Under the pieces are notes generated by a model. That model saw only the letters and a program-made list of their open reading frames with translations. It was not told the origin of the DNA and did not search any database. Shown piece after piece: positions 61,261-63,179 of a stretch of 63,179 nucleotides of DNA. Position 1 is the first letter of the stretch, and every line of letters starts with the position of its first letter. A program made the position numbers and the translations under genes. Where the stretch lies: positions 5,550,359-5,613,537 of the forward strand of contig JARDVH010000133.1 of NCBI GenBank assembly GCA_030324005.1. Reading direction: 5' to 3'. Origin of the DNA: Negaprion brevirostris (taxonomy: Eukaryota).

Positions 61261-63094
61261 AACTCAAAATGATTCCTCAGCATTAGGCCTAGAAGTACCA
61301 TTTTCTTTCATCCCTAGCGCTGTGAATACTACTACAGAAGACTGAGTTGTGTGTGAACTGCCTGATGATTTTGTCTAATGAATTTACCAAATAAAGTCTA
61401 TCTTTGGAAAAATATCTCCTGACTTCAAGGGGAACAACCTGTTTTGGGGCAGTCTTCTGAAATTTCAGGGAATGTACTCCACCGCCTATGATTACACGTT
61501 TTCCATCTCTCTCGTCTCCTTTAAGACATTACTTAAAGCTTAGCTTGGTCACAAATTACACTCCAGTATTGGGGCATTTTATTGTGTTAAAAAGTAGAAT
61601 CCAAATAAATTCAATGTCTTGATCAGTGCTCTACTGCTTCTTTAAATAAAATCCAGAGACAAGGCAAAAGGAGGGGAGCAGGGGGAGAAATCCCAGTAAA
61701 AGATTATGTTTAAAGGCACTGTCATTTTTTTCGTGGTGGTCTAATACCAGCAATTTCAAAAGTGCTATCCGAAGATCCAAGAGTCCTGATGATTTGAGTG
61801 CCAGGCTGCTTGCTATTCCTATTGCAGAACCATTCAGAATATTTATAGTTTTTGCAAACCGAGGTGGACTGCTTCAATCTTAGTTGAAAAATAAATGTGC
61901 TGCTGTATCAGCAGGCAGAAGCTAGACAGCGTGAATGTCCTTGTTTACTGTGAATAAATACATTGCTGCATCAACAACCGTGACCTGTATGGACCAGGGC
62001 CTAAGTCAAAAAGGCATTCACGAGTTAATTAAAGCTTCCAGTGGCGATGGTAAAACTCTGGTCAGCAAAGCACCTGTGAAAAGGGTTTCAGATTTGATCC
62101 GCATCATCGGTCATCCGTTAGCAGGTTGCTAGGATACAGTGCGTAACTGTTGCTGTGAATTTCAATGCAACACTTCGTGCTTAGGGACACGTTACTTAGC
62201 AAAGGTCAACCAATAATGAATGAAAGCAAGACAGCTAGGTATGGCTGTGTCCTGGCAAACTGAACTCAGTGCTTTGCTTTTATCTGTCACATTTATAACT
62301 GTAGTTTTCAGTAGGAATAAGGGGCTATAATTAAGGAAGGATGCAGCAATGATATGGGATGCATATCTGAATCTGCACAATGACCAAGACATCAGTTCGA
62401 GTTGCGATTTAACTCCGTGACTGTTGTCAGCACACATCTCATCAAGATTTTTTCAATGTTATTGGTGTTTGGGGAAGGAGGGGTGGGGGAAAGAAATATA
62501 GCCAATCTGGCTGCCTAATGCTCCGAAGAGGCAATGGCTTGAATTAATGAGGATAGCTCACATTCATCTACTGCTCTGCACCTAAAGAAGGAGGGGTCTT
62601 CTCAGTAAAAGCCAGCCTCTTCCAGGCTGTGTGTGTGTTGTGCGTGTGTGTGATGAATGAGACATAGTGCTGTGGTGTTCCGTACGTGCATAGTGAGCCG
62701 ACTCACTGTGTTCCTTGTAAGGTCACTTTCAGCACATTGCTCTCCATCTACCTTCTGAAATTTGATCTTCATCTCCGAGTAAAACAACTTCAAGATTTTG
62801 TTTGTAAACTCAGACAAAAAATGCCACAGATACACAGTCTACATCTGNNNNNNNNNNAGATGAGGGGTTAAAGGTTCAAGCAGAGATGACTTCAGCCAAA
62901 CATTTATCATTTCTCTTTCAGATGCTGATTGATGTAATGTGCATTTTCATTAGTTTATGTTTATTTGTTATATTTCTAACATACTCAAAATACCTGAATT
63001 TTGGATTTAATTAAACTAACGTTCTTCCACAATGCTTCACTAACTACTTAAATTAATTGAATCCCGTAGGATGCATGGGTAAAGCCCACTATCA

Positions 63095-63160
63095 TGTGGC
63101 ATGGTGGCATTGCTGCCTCACAGTGCCAGGGATCCGGTTTTGATTCCCAGCTTGGGTCAC
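63095..63160 (+). mobile_element. V-SINE 5' fragment
   Basis: tgctgcctcacagtgccagggatccggttttgattcccagcttgggtcac. Confidence 0.75.
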
Positions 63161-63179
63161 TCTGCTTGGATTTCACACA

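Noticed and set aside
62707-62844. Exon-like minus-strand segment (cag...gtgagt, 138 bp)
   Set aside because: The open frame has a TAG in its second codon, shows no resemblance to PPIL2, and the acceptor tract falls in a gap.
1-63179. YPEL1 exons, miR-130/301 (PPIL2 neighbours in human), CRISPR arrays or prokaryote-type systems
   Set aside because: No matching sequence seen by eye; the repeats are dispersed eukaryotic transposons, not repeat-spacer arrays.

Overview
Eukaryotic, AT-rich, repeat-dense DNA from a draft assembly with many N gaps. The repeat set (HE1/V-SINEs, DeuSINE/SacSINE1-like copies, CR1 LINEs) points to a shark or other elasmobranch; this is an inference. The only host coding sequence I can support is two minus-strand exons of PPIL2 (cyclophilin domain) at 44545-44662 and 43169-43225, so most of the window is probably intron. 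The rest is layered transposon relics: CR1, a second CR1/L2-superclade LINE, Rex/Babar, RTE, Penelope ends (one with a hammerhead-ribozyme core), Gypsy, a fragmented Ty1/copia, a hAT transposase fossil, and PIF/Harbinger relics (a Myb/SANT exon inside a TIR element and a HARBI1-type transposase split by nested insertions). Most listed ORFs are spurious or TE-derived. I found no intact novel gene system. The best leads are the Harbinger relics, the copia element, the Penelope hairpin with a hammerhead core, and a V-SINE subfamily that appears to carry a Rex/Babar-type 3' tail. All calls are by eye and repeat boundaries are approximate.
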